Shown piece by piece: positions 52,700-64,000 of a stretch of DNA of 64,000 nucleotides (within the stretch, counting starts at the first letter, position 1; each line of letters opens with the position of its first letter). Both the position numbers and the translations under genes were made by a program. This DNA comes from Octopus sinensis (lineage: Eukaryota), in assembly GCF_006345805.1 (NCBI RefSeq), contig NC_043021.1, positions 6,758,001 to 6,822,000 of the forward strand, in the 5' to 3' direction. The notes under the pieces were generated by a model. The model saw only the letters and a program-made list of their open reading frames with translations, had not been told where the DNA came from and did not search any database.

Positions 52700-53115
52700 C
52701 ATTTCAGCAAGAAAGAACTAGAGAATAAGTACTGTGGTCAATTTGTTCAACTAAACTCTTCAAAGTGTTGCTCCATTCTGGCCACAGGTCAATGACTGGA
52801 ATGGTAAAATGAATGATGTATGCTTTTAGCATGAATAGTAACATAACTTCTGTTTGGTAGGTTTTTTTCAATATAGAGCGAAAAGATTTTAACACACCAC
52901 TGTGTGTGTGTGTGGTGTGTGTGTGTGTGTGTATACATACACACACATTTCTGTGTTTACATGTGTGTGTGTGTACACACACATGCACACACACGTACAC
53001 ATTTATTTAGTTATATCCATGTTTATGTTCATATATATATGTGTGTGTATGTATATATATACGTGTGTGTATGTATATATATATATATACATGTGTGTGT
53101 ATGTATGTATATATG

Positions 53116-53147
<32 letters not shown>

Positions 53148-53191
53148 TACACATTTAGTTACTTATATCCATGTTATGTGCATATAATATA

Positions 53192-53233
<42 letters not shown>

Positions 53234-55141
53234 CTATTTATGTGTGTGTGTTTGTAGCTAGACAGATAAAAAGATAGATACATAAATATATACATGTATT
53301 TACATATCCTCATATGTATATATGTGCGTGTGTATGTTTATCCATGTGTATATATTTGTGTGCATCCATGTGTATGTATGTATAACTTTTTATGAAATAT
53401 TTCTCTCATAGTTATGCCAATATGTTACTGAAATTTGTTTCTATTTTTACCTTTTTCCAAGCTGGCATTGTGGGCAGGTTTGTGGTTTTTTTTACTATTT
53501 GTTACTTATTTTTCCATAACTTTTCCTATTCTCAACTATTTTTACTTTGTGTGGACTAGATAGAGAGCAACAGGGATAACGAGGGAGATGAGGCAGATTC
53601 AGTTAGTGTTGAGTGATAAACTTGTGACGGGTGGACAGGTAGGTAGATAATCTAGACTTATGGTGAAGTTAGGTACAATGTTCATCATGACAGTCTTCTC
53701 GTTCATCAAGATGCTCTTTTATTCACTCTCTCTGTCACTAGATGTATTTTGAATGAGTGGATTCAATGCAGAGCTGGAAGGACTTTTTAGTGTTGCCAAT
53801 GATAGGAAAACCTCCTTGGTGGGGAGATAGAATGCACCTAAGACACTCTATATGGTTGTTGGTGTTAGGAACGGCATCCTACTGTAGGAACTTAATGCCA
53901 AATAAAATTTACAGGTGAAATGTGCCCTTTTGACTTGTTTGAAGATGCTGATGGCAGATAGATGGATAGGTGAGCAGATGGATAAACGGATAAAGTTATT
54001 TCTTTTATCTATTATTTGTTTCAGTCATTAGACTGTGGCCATGCTGGAGCTTCACTTGTGGGTTTATTTGAATAAACTGCCCTTACCACACCCCACTCGC
54101 ATGGCACTTATTTCCTAAGTCCTACACTTATTCTATCAGTCTCTTTTGCCAAACTGCTACGTTACAGGAATGTAAACAAACTAACAATGGTTGTCAAGTA
54201 ATGGGGTGAGGCAAATACAAAGATACACACACACACACACGCTTTTATACAATGGGGTTCTATAAAGTTTATATCATTCACTTGCATGATATTTGTCATC
54301 CTGGGGCTTTAGTAGAAGACACTTAGACACTTGCCCAAGGTGCTGTACAGTGGGACTGAACCTGAAACCATGTGATTGCAAAGCAAAATTCTCAACCATA
54401 CAGCTATGCCTACATCTGTTAATATATTTAACGCATGGAACATTAAACATTTTGCAGGGGCAAACCAGTGTCTGTTAATAAAGCATATTATTTATAGTTT
54501 TCTGGAATGGAAGGGAAATAACTCAGGACATGTTTCAATGATATTCTGACTTTGTCAGCAATATTCTTTTATTCTTTTACATGTTTCAGTCATTTGACTA
54601 CAGCCTTGCTGGAGCACAGCCTTGCTGGAGCACAGCCTTGAAGGGTTTTAGTCAAAGTAATTGACCCCCAGGACTTATTGTTTGTAAGCGTAGTACTTAT
54701 TCTACTGGTCCCGCAGCATGGCCCTTTGGTCAAGTGCCTTCTTTCTACTACAGCCTTGGCCAACCAATGCTTTGTGAGTGGATTTGGTAGATGGAAACTA
54801 AAAGAAGCCTGTTATATATATATATATATATATTTCCCTCTATGCCTTCGTGAATTGTTTTTGAGTATACATTGTCTGGGAGACTCTTCTTATAGTAGGG
54901 GTAATAGCTAAATTCTTTGGCTGCTATTTCTAAAAGTTCGGTGTGTGGTAATGTAAATTTTTTTGCTGAACCCTTATTATATAAAGTAATGTTTAAATTT
55001 ACCGTGAATGGTCCTTTTACATACTGAACACTGCTTGGTAAAATTATTAATTACTAATTAATTGATTTTACCCTTATTATTGACAATATATATATATATA
55101 TATTATATATATATATATATATTATATATATATATATAGTA

Positions 55142-55477
55142 AAGGTGCATGGATCAGTGGTTAGAGTGTCGAGCTTATGATCATAAGGTTTTGAGTTCGA
55201 TTCCCGGACCGGGCTGCGTGTTGTGTTCTTGAGCAAGACACTTTATTTCACGTTGCTCCAGTTCACTCAGCTGTAGAAATGAATTGCGACGCCACAGGTG
55301 CCAAGCTGTATCGGCCCCTTTGCCTTTCCCTTGGATAACACTGGCAGCGTGGAGAGGGGAGGCTGGAATGCATGGGCGACTGCTGGTCTTCCATAAATCA
55401 ACCTTGCCCGGACTTGTTCCTGGGAGGGTGACTTCCTAAGTGCAATCCCATGGTCATTCATGACCGAAGGGGTCTCC
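55142..55477 (+). mobile_element. tRNA-headed SINE, family C
   Basis: Head tggatcagtggttagagtg...gagttcgattcccgg, then core ttgagcaagacactttatttcacgttgctccag. A diverged reverse copy is at ~16003-16340. Confidence 0.8.
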
Positions 55478-55968
55478 GCAAATATATATATATCATCATC
55501 ATCATCGTTTAACATCCGCTTTCCATGCTAGCATGGGTTGGACGGTTCAACTGGGATCTGGAAAGCCAGGAGGCTGCACAAGGCCCAGTCTGATCTGGCA
55601 ATGTTTCTACAGCTGGATGCCCTTCCTAATGCCAGCCACTCCGTGAGTGTAGTGGGTGCTTTTTATGTGCCACCTGCACAGGTGCCAGGCGAGGCTGGCA
55701 ACGGCCACGATCAGATGGTGCTTTTTACGTGCCATATATAATGTGTGTCTGTTTTTGTCCTCCTTCACTGCTTAACAACTGGTGTTGGTGTGTTTACATC
55801 CTTGTAACTTAGCAGTTTGACAAAAGAGAGTGATAGGACAAATACCAGGCTTGAAAAATTTTTCTTTAAATGTACTGGGGTTGATCCCCATGACTAAAAT
55901 TTTAAGGCAGTGCCCCAGCATGGCCTCAGTCTGATGACTGAAATAAGTAAAAAACTAAAAGAATGCAC

Positions 55969-56022
<54 letters not shown>

Positions 56023-56436
56023 AGTACCACTGGTACTGTAAGTACATGCACCTGCCTTACTTGACTGCTAAAGAATTTCATTCCAGACTTCTCTCTTGTA
56101 CATCTCCTCACCACCACCACCACGACCACCACACCTGATTATTTAGGGGAAGTGGGTAGATTTGAATAGTAAATCTTTAGAGTGTGTGTAGAATTATGTG
56201 TTGCGTTGTGTTGACTTTTATGTGAGGGACGTCCCCGCAAAAGCTGGGTGTATGACATTTAAAGCAGATGGCTTGCTTGGCATTCACAACAGTCAGGTAT
56301 TTAGCATTGCAACAGCTGAGCACACTTAACACTGACAATATTATATTTCTTATTTCAATTATGTGAGAATTGTCAGTTAGGATTACACACAAATGTAAAA
56401 AAAAAAAAAAAAAAAATTGGTAAAATAAAAGAATAC

Positions 56437-56592
56437 AGTGGCCGTGTGGTAAGAAGCTTGCTTCGCAACCACACGTTTCCGGGATCAGTCCCATTGCATG
56501 GCACCTTGGGCAAGTGTCTTCTATAGCCTTGAGCCAACCAAAGACTTATGAGAGGATTTAGTAGACAGAAACTGTAAAATGCCTTTCATGTA

Positions 56593-56627
<35 letters not shown>

Positions 56628-57068
56628 AATATATATATATATATGAAGTTAATCCAAACAAGAAAGCACAAAAAAACACAACAATGCGAGGACGTGGAAC
56701 AAATATAGTATTATTGGACGTTCAGGAAAGAAGGAGGGTTTAACGTTTCGAGCGGAGCTCTTCGTCGAGAAGGAAGATCCAGAGAAGGGAAGACAGAGGA
56801 AAAAAAATCGCCGATGGTACACACGCGGTCATATATATATATGTGTGTGTTGTTTTTGTTTTGGTGTTTGTCTCCCGCTACCACTTGACAACCAGTGTTA
56901 GTGTGTTTATGTCCCCTTAACTTAGTTTGCCAAAAGTGTCCGATAGAATAAGTGCTAGGTTTAAAAAAGATATGTAAGGGGGTTGATTCAAATGGTTAAA
57001 AATTTTTCATGGTGGTGCCCCAGCATGGCCACAGTCTAATGATGGAAACAAGTAAAAAGATAAAAGAT
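56437..57068 (+). mobile_element. SINE family A split by an insertion in its central microsatellite
   Basis: 5' half 56437-56615, unrelated insert ~56645-56830 between TA tracts, 3' half ~56845-57068. Confidence 0.75.
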
Positions 57069-57577
57069 ATTACTGATTATTTTATTTCTTTATTAAATAC
57101 AAAATCTAATTGGGTACCACAAAATATTTGAGATGGGGTACTTGGGGTGCTTCAGCAAAAATGGCTCAAAGTTGTTTAACCTCCGTACCCACCTCAATTG
57201 AACCAAATCTGTGAATGAAGACTTTCCATCCATGAGCCATTCCACTATTTTAATGTTTAGGGTTTATCTGCTGCCCACTTCTTGTTTATGAAACACTGCC
57301 GATAGGTTGGGGAAGATGGGGGACAAGTAGGGGACAGTTTGGGGGAAATTATTGTCAGTTGCTGTTTCTCTTTCTAGTAGGTACAGTGACTAGATAGTGG
57401 GGCTTGTGAAATGCTATATTCTCTCTGCTTGCAGATGTACCATCAGATGGAGAGTATCATCTGCAGGCAGAGGATCGTACTGTTTCATTAGTTCTAATTA
57501 GACCCATTAGTTCTAATTAATACATCAATCATCAGTCTGTATTGGTACATGTGTATGTATATGTGACAATGAACATG

Positions 57578-57617
<40 letters not shown>

Positions 57618-58349
57618 GTGCATATATATATGTATGTATATATATGGTGCATATATATATGTTTATATCTATATATATATATGTGTATTTATATGTATAT
57701 ATATATATGTGTATATATATATATAAACATACATATATATATGTGCATATATATATGTATGTATATATAAGGTGCATATATATGTTTATATGTATATATA
57801 TATATGTGTATATATATATATATAAACATACATATATATATGCACATATATATACATATGATATATATGTGCATATATATATATGTATGTATATATATAT
57901 ATATATGTATATATAGTGCATATATATATGAATGTATGTATATATTATATATATTGTGCATATAATATGCATGTATATATATATAATATATATATATAGA
58001 TATATGGCAATATTGTATGTATATATATGTGAATATATATATGCATGATGATATATATATATATATATATGTGTGTATGTATATATATATTTGTATATGT
58101 TTGTATGTATGTTGTCTGGAGTTTGTGTGCAAAATGTCTGTGTCTCGTTTGTTATTATCGGTGTGTAACGGTTTTATTAAGTCCCGTCATGTAAAAATGT
58201 GTTTGTTTCTTCGTCAAATATGAATCTTTTTTTTGTGATTTCCAGTGTTTTCAAATTTTGTCCTTTTTGTTGAATTTTTTCAGCCACCGATGTTGTTGTT
58301 GTTGATGTTGTTGTTCTGAATAGTTTTGTTTATTTCTTTTTGTTTTTTT

Positions 58350-58449
58350 NNNNNNNNNNNNNNNNNNNNNNNNNNNNNNNNNNNNNNNNNNNNNNNNNNN
58401 NNNNNNNNNNNNNNNNNNNNNNNNNNNNNNNNNNNNNNNNNNNNNNNNN
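58350..58449. other. Assembly gap (100 N)
   Basis: Run of exactly 100 N, typical of a fixed-size scaffolding gap. Confidence 0.99.
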
Positions 58450-58920
58450 TGCATGGCACCATTGGCAAGTGTGTCTTCTTCTGTAGCCTCAGGCCAACCA
58501 AAAAGCCTTGCGAGTGGATCTGGTAGACGGAAACTGAAAGAAGCCCTTCGTGTATGTGTGTGTGTGTGTGTTTGTGTGCACGTGTTTGTATGTGCATGTG
58601 CATCTTTGTGATTGTATTTGTGTGTCCCTACCCAATCACTGCTTGACAACTGGCGTTGGTTTGTTTACATCCCTGTAACTTAACAGTTTGGCAAAAAGGG
58701 ACTGATAGAATAAGTATCAGATTTTTTTTAAAAAAACGTCCTGGGGTTGATTGATTTGACTAATCAATCATTAACATACTGGGCAAAATGCTTAGTGACA
58801 TTTTGTTAGTCTTTATGTTCTGAGTTCAAATTCTGCCAAAGTTGACTTTACCTTTCATCCTTTCAGAGTCAATAAAATAAGTACCAGTTAAGCACTGAGA
58901 TTGACTAACCCCTCCCCCAA

Positions 58921-59325
58921 AATTGCTGGCGTTGTGTCAAAATTTGAAACCAAAATTTAGCATTCAAAGGTGGCAAGCTGGCAGAATTGTTAGCACACTA
59001 GACAAAATTCTTAGCGGCATTTCATCTACCTTTACCTTCTGAGTTCAAATTCTGCCGAGGTCAACTTTGCTTTTCATCTTTTTGATGGTGTCCGAAATTG
59101 CTGGCTCTGCATCAAAATTTGAAACCGATATTTAGCATTCAAAGGTGGCAAGCTGGCAGAATTGTTAGCACATAGACAAAATTCTTAGTGGCATTTCATC
59201 TACCTTTACCTTCTGAGTTCAAATTCTGCCGAGGTCAACTTTGCTTTTCAGCTTTTTGATGGTGTCCAAAATTGCTGGCTCTGCATCAAAATTTGAAACC
59301 GATATTTAGCATTCCTTCAGAAACA
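58921..59325. repeat. ~175-bp tandem repeat of a degenerate family B SINE segment (~2.3 units)
   Basis: aattgctggc at 58921, 59096 and 59270. Confidence 0.75.
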
Positions 59326-59940
59326 TAATCGGTCAATCTTTTGTTACATTTATCTCTTACGTTTGGCATTCAAAAATTCATTCAAAAGCAAAATTAGTCA
59401 GCTTAGATCATTGACATAATTTCTTCAAATGTTTGGCTTTCAAAATTCTCTCAACCACAGTGCTCTGTAAGTCTGTGTTGAACTTGTATTCAACTTCAAA
59501 AATTCTCTAACAAAAAAGAAAATAATAATGATAAATCAGAACAGAATTAGTGCTCTATACCATTATCAAAATTTGTGCTTGGTATTAATAAAACTTCTTT
59601 CAAAAACAGAGTCAATCAGTGTGCTTTACACAGTCCATTGCATCTGACCTCTAACAACTGGTTTTCCCATACATAGCATAAGTGACTGAATTTTGAAAAA
59701 TTTGATTATATTCATCTGGTGACCAGTATAAATTGTAATATAACAAAATCACTCAATTGTACTTCACAAACCGCATCTATTATTCCCCTGCCATTCAATG
59801 TGCAATGTCACCGAGTTAGTCTTTTATTTGTTTCTTTTTTTAATATTTTAAAAACATGTCTAGGAACAATGATGTCACCAACAAACATTGGAAATCAGGC
59901 TAAGAACTAAGTCAGTAGCTTGTATTGTTGTAGGTTGGTG

Positions 59941-59985
<45 letters not shown>

Positions 59986-62084
59986 ATGTATATGTGTGTA
60001 TATATATATAAATATATATATATGTATAAATATATGTGTGTGGGTGTATATGTATATATCATCATCATCATCATCATCATCATCATCGTTTAGCGTCCGC
60101 TTTCCATGCTGGCATGGGTTGGACGGTTCAACTGGGGTCTGGGAAGCCAGAAGGGTGCGCCAGGCCCAGTCTGATCTGGCAGTGTTTCTACAGCTGGATG
60201 CCCTTCCTAATGCCAACCACTCCGCGAGTGTAGTGGGTGCTTTTTATGTGCCACCTGCACAGGTGCCAGATATATATAAATATATAAATGTGTTTAATAA
60301 GTGAGTTGGCAAATGTATTTCACTAAGAAATTGATCAACAAGCAAATATAAGTAAATTGACAGGTATAAATCCGATCGTGGCATTGCCAACCTCCCCTGG
60401 TACCTGTGCCGGTGGTACATAAAAAGCACCCACTATACTCATGGAGTGGTTGGCATTAGGAAGGGCATCCAGCCGTAGAAACACTGCCAGATCAGACTGG
60501 GCCTGGTGCAGCCTCCTGGCTTCCCAGACCCCAGTCGAACCATCCAACCCATGCTAGTATGGAAAACGGACGTTAAACGATGATGATGATGATGATGAAT
60601 AACAGAAACTCACTGTAAGGTGGGTGCACAGCAGGAGAGACCTTCAGAGGAACAATTTCCATCCGACAAGTGCTTCAGCCCTTACACCTGACACCCCACA
60701 GGAGCTGGGCCCACCCAGGTCATACATACATACATGCATGTATTCATGTATGTATGTATAAAGTGTTTGAAGTGATGTACAGATATTGTATATTAAGAAG
60801 GGTCAGAATTTTGGATAATTTTTTATTAGCACTTTTCTTCTTTTAACCAAAACAGTTTTATTATCATGAAGAATTTGGTTAAATGAACAAAGACGGTGCT
60901 TAATTTCAAACCAGATTTGGCACCCCATCCAGGTGGGAAATACATATGCCATGAAACTGGGAAACTAGCCCTTAAGAGCTTGTATGACACAAGAAGATAA
61001 ATTTACCTTTTTTTTTTTTAACTAGGATCCATTTGGCCACTGAGGGTCCATATAAGATTCTGAGAGGTCCATGCAACAAAATAGTAAATTGGGGATCCAT
61101 AATAGTATTTTAAGGGTCCCTGAAAAAAATTTGCTTTAGACACATGCTGTGTCGGTGGCACATAGTGTGTCAGTGGCACATAAAAAACACCATCCGAGCG
61201 TGGCCATTCGCCAGCCTCGTCTGGCACCTGTGTCGGTGGCACATAAAATCACCTACTACACTCTCGGAGTGGTTGGCGTTAGGAAGGGCATCCAGCTGTA
61301 GAAACACTGCCAGATCTGACTGGCCTAGTGCAGCCTTCTGGCTCCCCAGACCCCAGTTGAACCGTCCAACCCATGCTAGCATGGAAAGCGGACGTTAAAC
61401 GATGATGATGATGATGATGATGATTTATGTATTGGTTTTTATTGCAAGAAACAACTATGTTTATTTCTCTAACATTTTACATAGTTCATCCTACACAAGT
61501 TAGAGGAATTTTTTTTAAAAGCATCTATAAAACTAGGTTTTAAACATCAAATGGCTCTAGGGAGTCCACCAGAACAAAATAGTAATCAAAGGGGTCCTTA
61601 TATAAAGAAATGGTTGAGAAACCCTGATCTAAATGGACGCCTTTTTTGGAAGTAGGATATGGCTTGGGGCAGATTAGGCTGCTATTTTTAATATTGTGCA
61701 TTACCATGTAGAGGCTCAGTCATTGACTCAAACCTGTAGCTATTGTTACCATCCTTGACTGAATGGACCATAGTCAAAGACATCCCTACTATGACCATCC
61801 CATCATTTTTTCACCAATTAGTCTACCTGGAGACTACATTAGTCAAATATGTCCTCCTCAAAGAAAATATGATGTAGTTTGAGCTAGATTAGGCTGCTAT
61901 TTCAAGCATGTTAAGAGACCATGATGAAGTTATTTAGCCCTAGGTCAACCCAGGTTAAGAAGAGTTATGATGAACGACATTCCAGATTTTCTTCCTTAAT
62001 TAGTCTATCCCGTGCTAAATCATTCATTGTACCCTTTTCTAATAAGAAAGAGTAGAGTGTCATTAAGAAATAAGAAAGAGAAAG

Positions 62085-62680
62085 CAGCGAGCTGGCAGAC
62101 TCGTTAGCACGCCGGGCGAAAGCTTAGCGGTATTTCGTCTGCCGCTACGTTCTAAGTTCAAATTCCGCCAAGGTCAACTTTGCCATTCATCCTTTCAGGG
62201 TTGATTAAATAAGTACCAGTTACGCACTGGGGTCGATGTAATCGACTTAATACCTATGTCTGTCCTTGTTTGTCCCCTCTATGTTTAGCCTCTTGTGGGT
62301 AATAAAGAAATAGGTATTTCATCTGCCGCTACGTTCTGAGTTCAAATTCCGCCGAGGTTGAATTTGCCTTTCATCCTTTCGGGGTCGATTAAATAAGTAC
62401 CAGTTATGCACTGGGGTCGATGTAATCGACTTAATACCTATGTCTGTCTTTGTTTGTCCCCTCTATGTTTAGTCCCTTGTGGGTAATAAAGAAATAGGTA
62501 TTTCGTCTGCCGTTATGTTCTCAGTTCAAATTCCGCCGAGGTCGACTTTGCCTTTCATCCTTTCGAGGTTGATTAAATAAGTACCAGCAATGCACTGGGG
62601 TCGTTACAATCGATTTAATCTGTTTGTCTGTCCTTGTTTGTCCCTTCTGTGTGTAGCTCCTTGTTGGCAGTAAAGAAATA
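62085..62680 (+). mobile_element. SINE family B with three tandem 184-bp bodies
   Basis: ggtatttc at 62129, 62313 and 62497. 24-bp flanking direct repeat aataagaaagagtagagtgtcatt at 62041-62064 and 62677-62700. Confidence 0.85.
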
Positions 62681-64000
62681 AGAAAGAGTAGAGTGTCATT
62701 TGAGGGGAAAAGTGACTGTCACTTTTTTTTTTTTTTTAGTAAGTTGACCTACCACATAAAGGTGACTTGACTGAAAAATTATGTTAACTATGTAAAAAAT
62801 TCTTTTGGGTATATAAAGCAACAGAGCCTCAGGTGGTGGTGGTGGTGGTGGTAGTGGTGGTAGTGGTGGTCCTTGTCATTGCTATCATAGTCGTAGTAAT
62901 GGTGGAGATAGTGTTGGTAGTAGTAGTAGTAGTAGTAGCAGCAGCAGCAGCAAATTATTGTTATACTAATATGAATCAATATAGTATTTCACTGTCCGAA
63001 GTTGCTAAACTAAACAGGTTCTTTTATCGCATGTGAGTAAAAATTATATAAAACAAAAGGCAAACTACAAAAAAAAATAGGAATCCATACAGGTAAGAAA
63101 ATCAATAGTAAACACTATCCGAAAGGAAGTAAAGACTCAAAAGAGATATATATGATTTTTTTTGGGGGGGAGGGCACAAGTGTGGCTGTGTGGTTAAGAA
63201 ACTCACCTTCCTGCCATATGGTTTTGGGTTCACTTCCCACTGTACAGCACCTTGGGCAGGTGTCTTCTACTATAGCCCCAAGGCCAATCAGTGAGTGAAT
63301 TTGACAGACGGAAAGCCTGCCACACACCCACACACTCACACACACACACACTACGTTCTGAGTTCAAATTCTGCCGAGGTCAACTTTGCCTTTCATCCTT
63401 TCAGGGTCGATTAAATAAGTACCAGTTACGCACTGGGGTCGATATAATCAACTTAAACCATTTGTCTGTCCTTGTTTGTCCCCTCTGTGTGTAGTCCCTT
63501 CTGGACAGTAAAGAAATAAGAAGCTTTCTTCCCAACCATTTGGGTCCAGGTTCAGTCCCACTGCATGGATCTTAGGCAAGTGTCTTCTACTATAGCCCCA
63601 CTACTCCTGCTCATCATCAAAGATGCACATATTGTCAGCCATTAAGGGACATGTGTAAATGGTTAAGGTCAAGCAACTAACAAGTAAATCTAAGGTATTA
63701 AGCAGAATATTTGTTAAAACGATATTTCTGCTTCAGCAACCCAGAATTATATCTGTCTGAAATGTAATGGAAAATAGGTCAGTTTCAAAACATTGATGTT
63801 CATGTGACAAAAGCAAAGTTTGAAGGGAATAGTAGTCATTTCCTTTGAATTCTAGATAGAATCAAATACAAAAGAAAACAATAAAAATTTTGTTGCAATG
63901 TCACCAATAACTTGCAGAGTGTACTGGGTGTTTTTCATTTCTTTTCATTGGATCAGCACTTTTGGGGTTGGTTACCTTGCAGTTTTTAAAATGAAAGAGA

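Noticed and set aside
58251-58649. ORFs spanning the N run
   Set aside because: Artefacts of translating through an assembly gap.
464-63494. The many ORFs rich in YI/CV/HT/LS repeats in the supplied track
   Set aside because: They are translations of (TA)n, (TG)n, (CA)n, (CT)n and trinucleotide microsatellites, or of SINE bodies, with no splice or homology support.

Overview
AT-rich, microsatellite-dense animal genomic DNA. The SINE families and repeat landscape suggest an octopus (inference). The only supportable protein-coding gene is the 3' part of a + strand homeodomain-interacting protein kinase (HIPK). Four phase-compatible exons (18588-18700, 21175-21513, 22306-22535, 24017-24959) give about 541 codons, including the HIPK motifs KKRVKENTPP, QTIVIADTPSPAVSVITISSD and KNVISCVTV. 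The kinase domain is not in the window and no terminal exon could be identified. The rest is repeat-rich intronic or intergenic DNA: three tRNA-headed SINE families, an RTE-like (GAT)n-tailed family, RTE and R4/Dong LINE fragments, piggyBac-like (TTAA) and Tc1/mariner-like (TA) MITEs, and minisatellites. There are also three near-identical tandem duplications with microsatellite junctions and a 100-N gap. Most interesting are five degenerate type I hammerhead-ribozyme-like motifs, all in small elements embedded in (TA)n tracts, two at the apex of long inverted repeats. Also notable are a U2 snRNA copy fused to a retroposon tail, a GC-rich 98-bp array of about 27 units, a ~170-bp array built from a MITE, and a tRNA-Met-like relic. 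Almost all ORFs in the supplied track are microsatellite or repeat artefacts.
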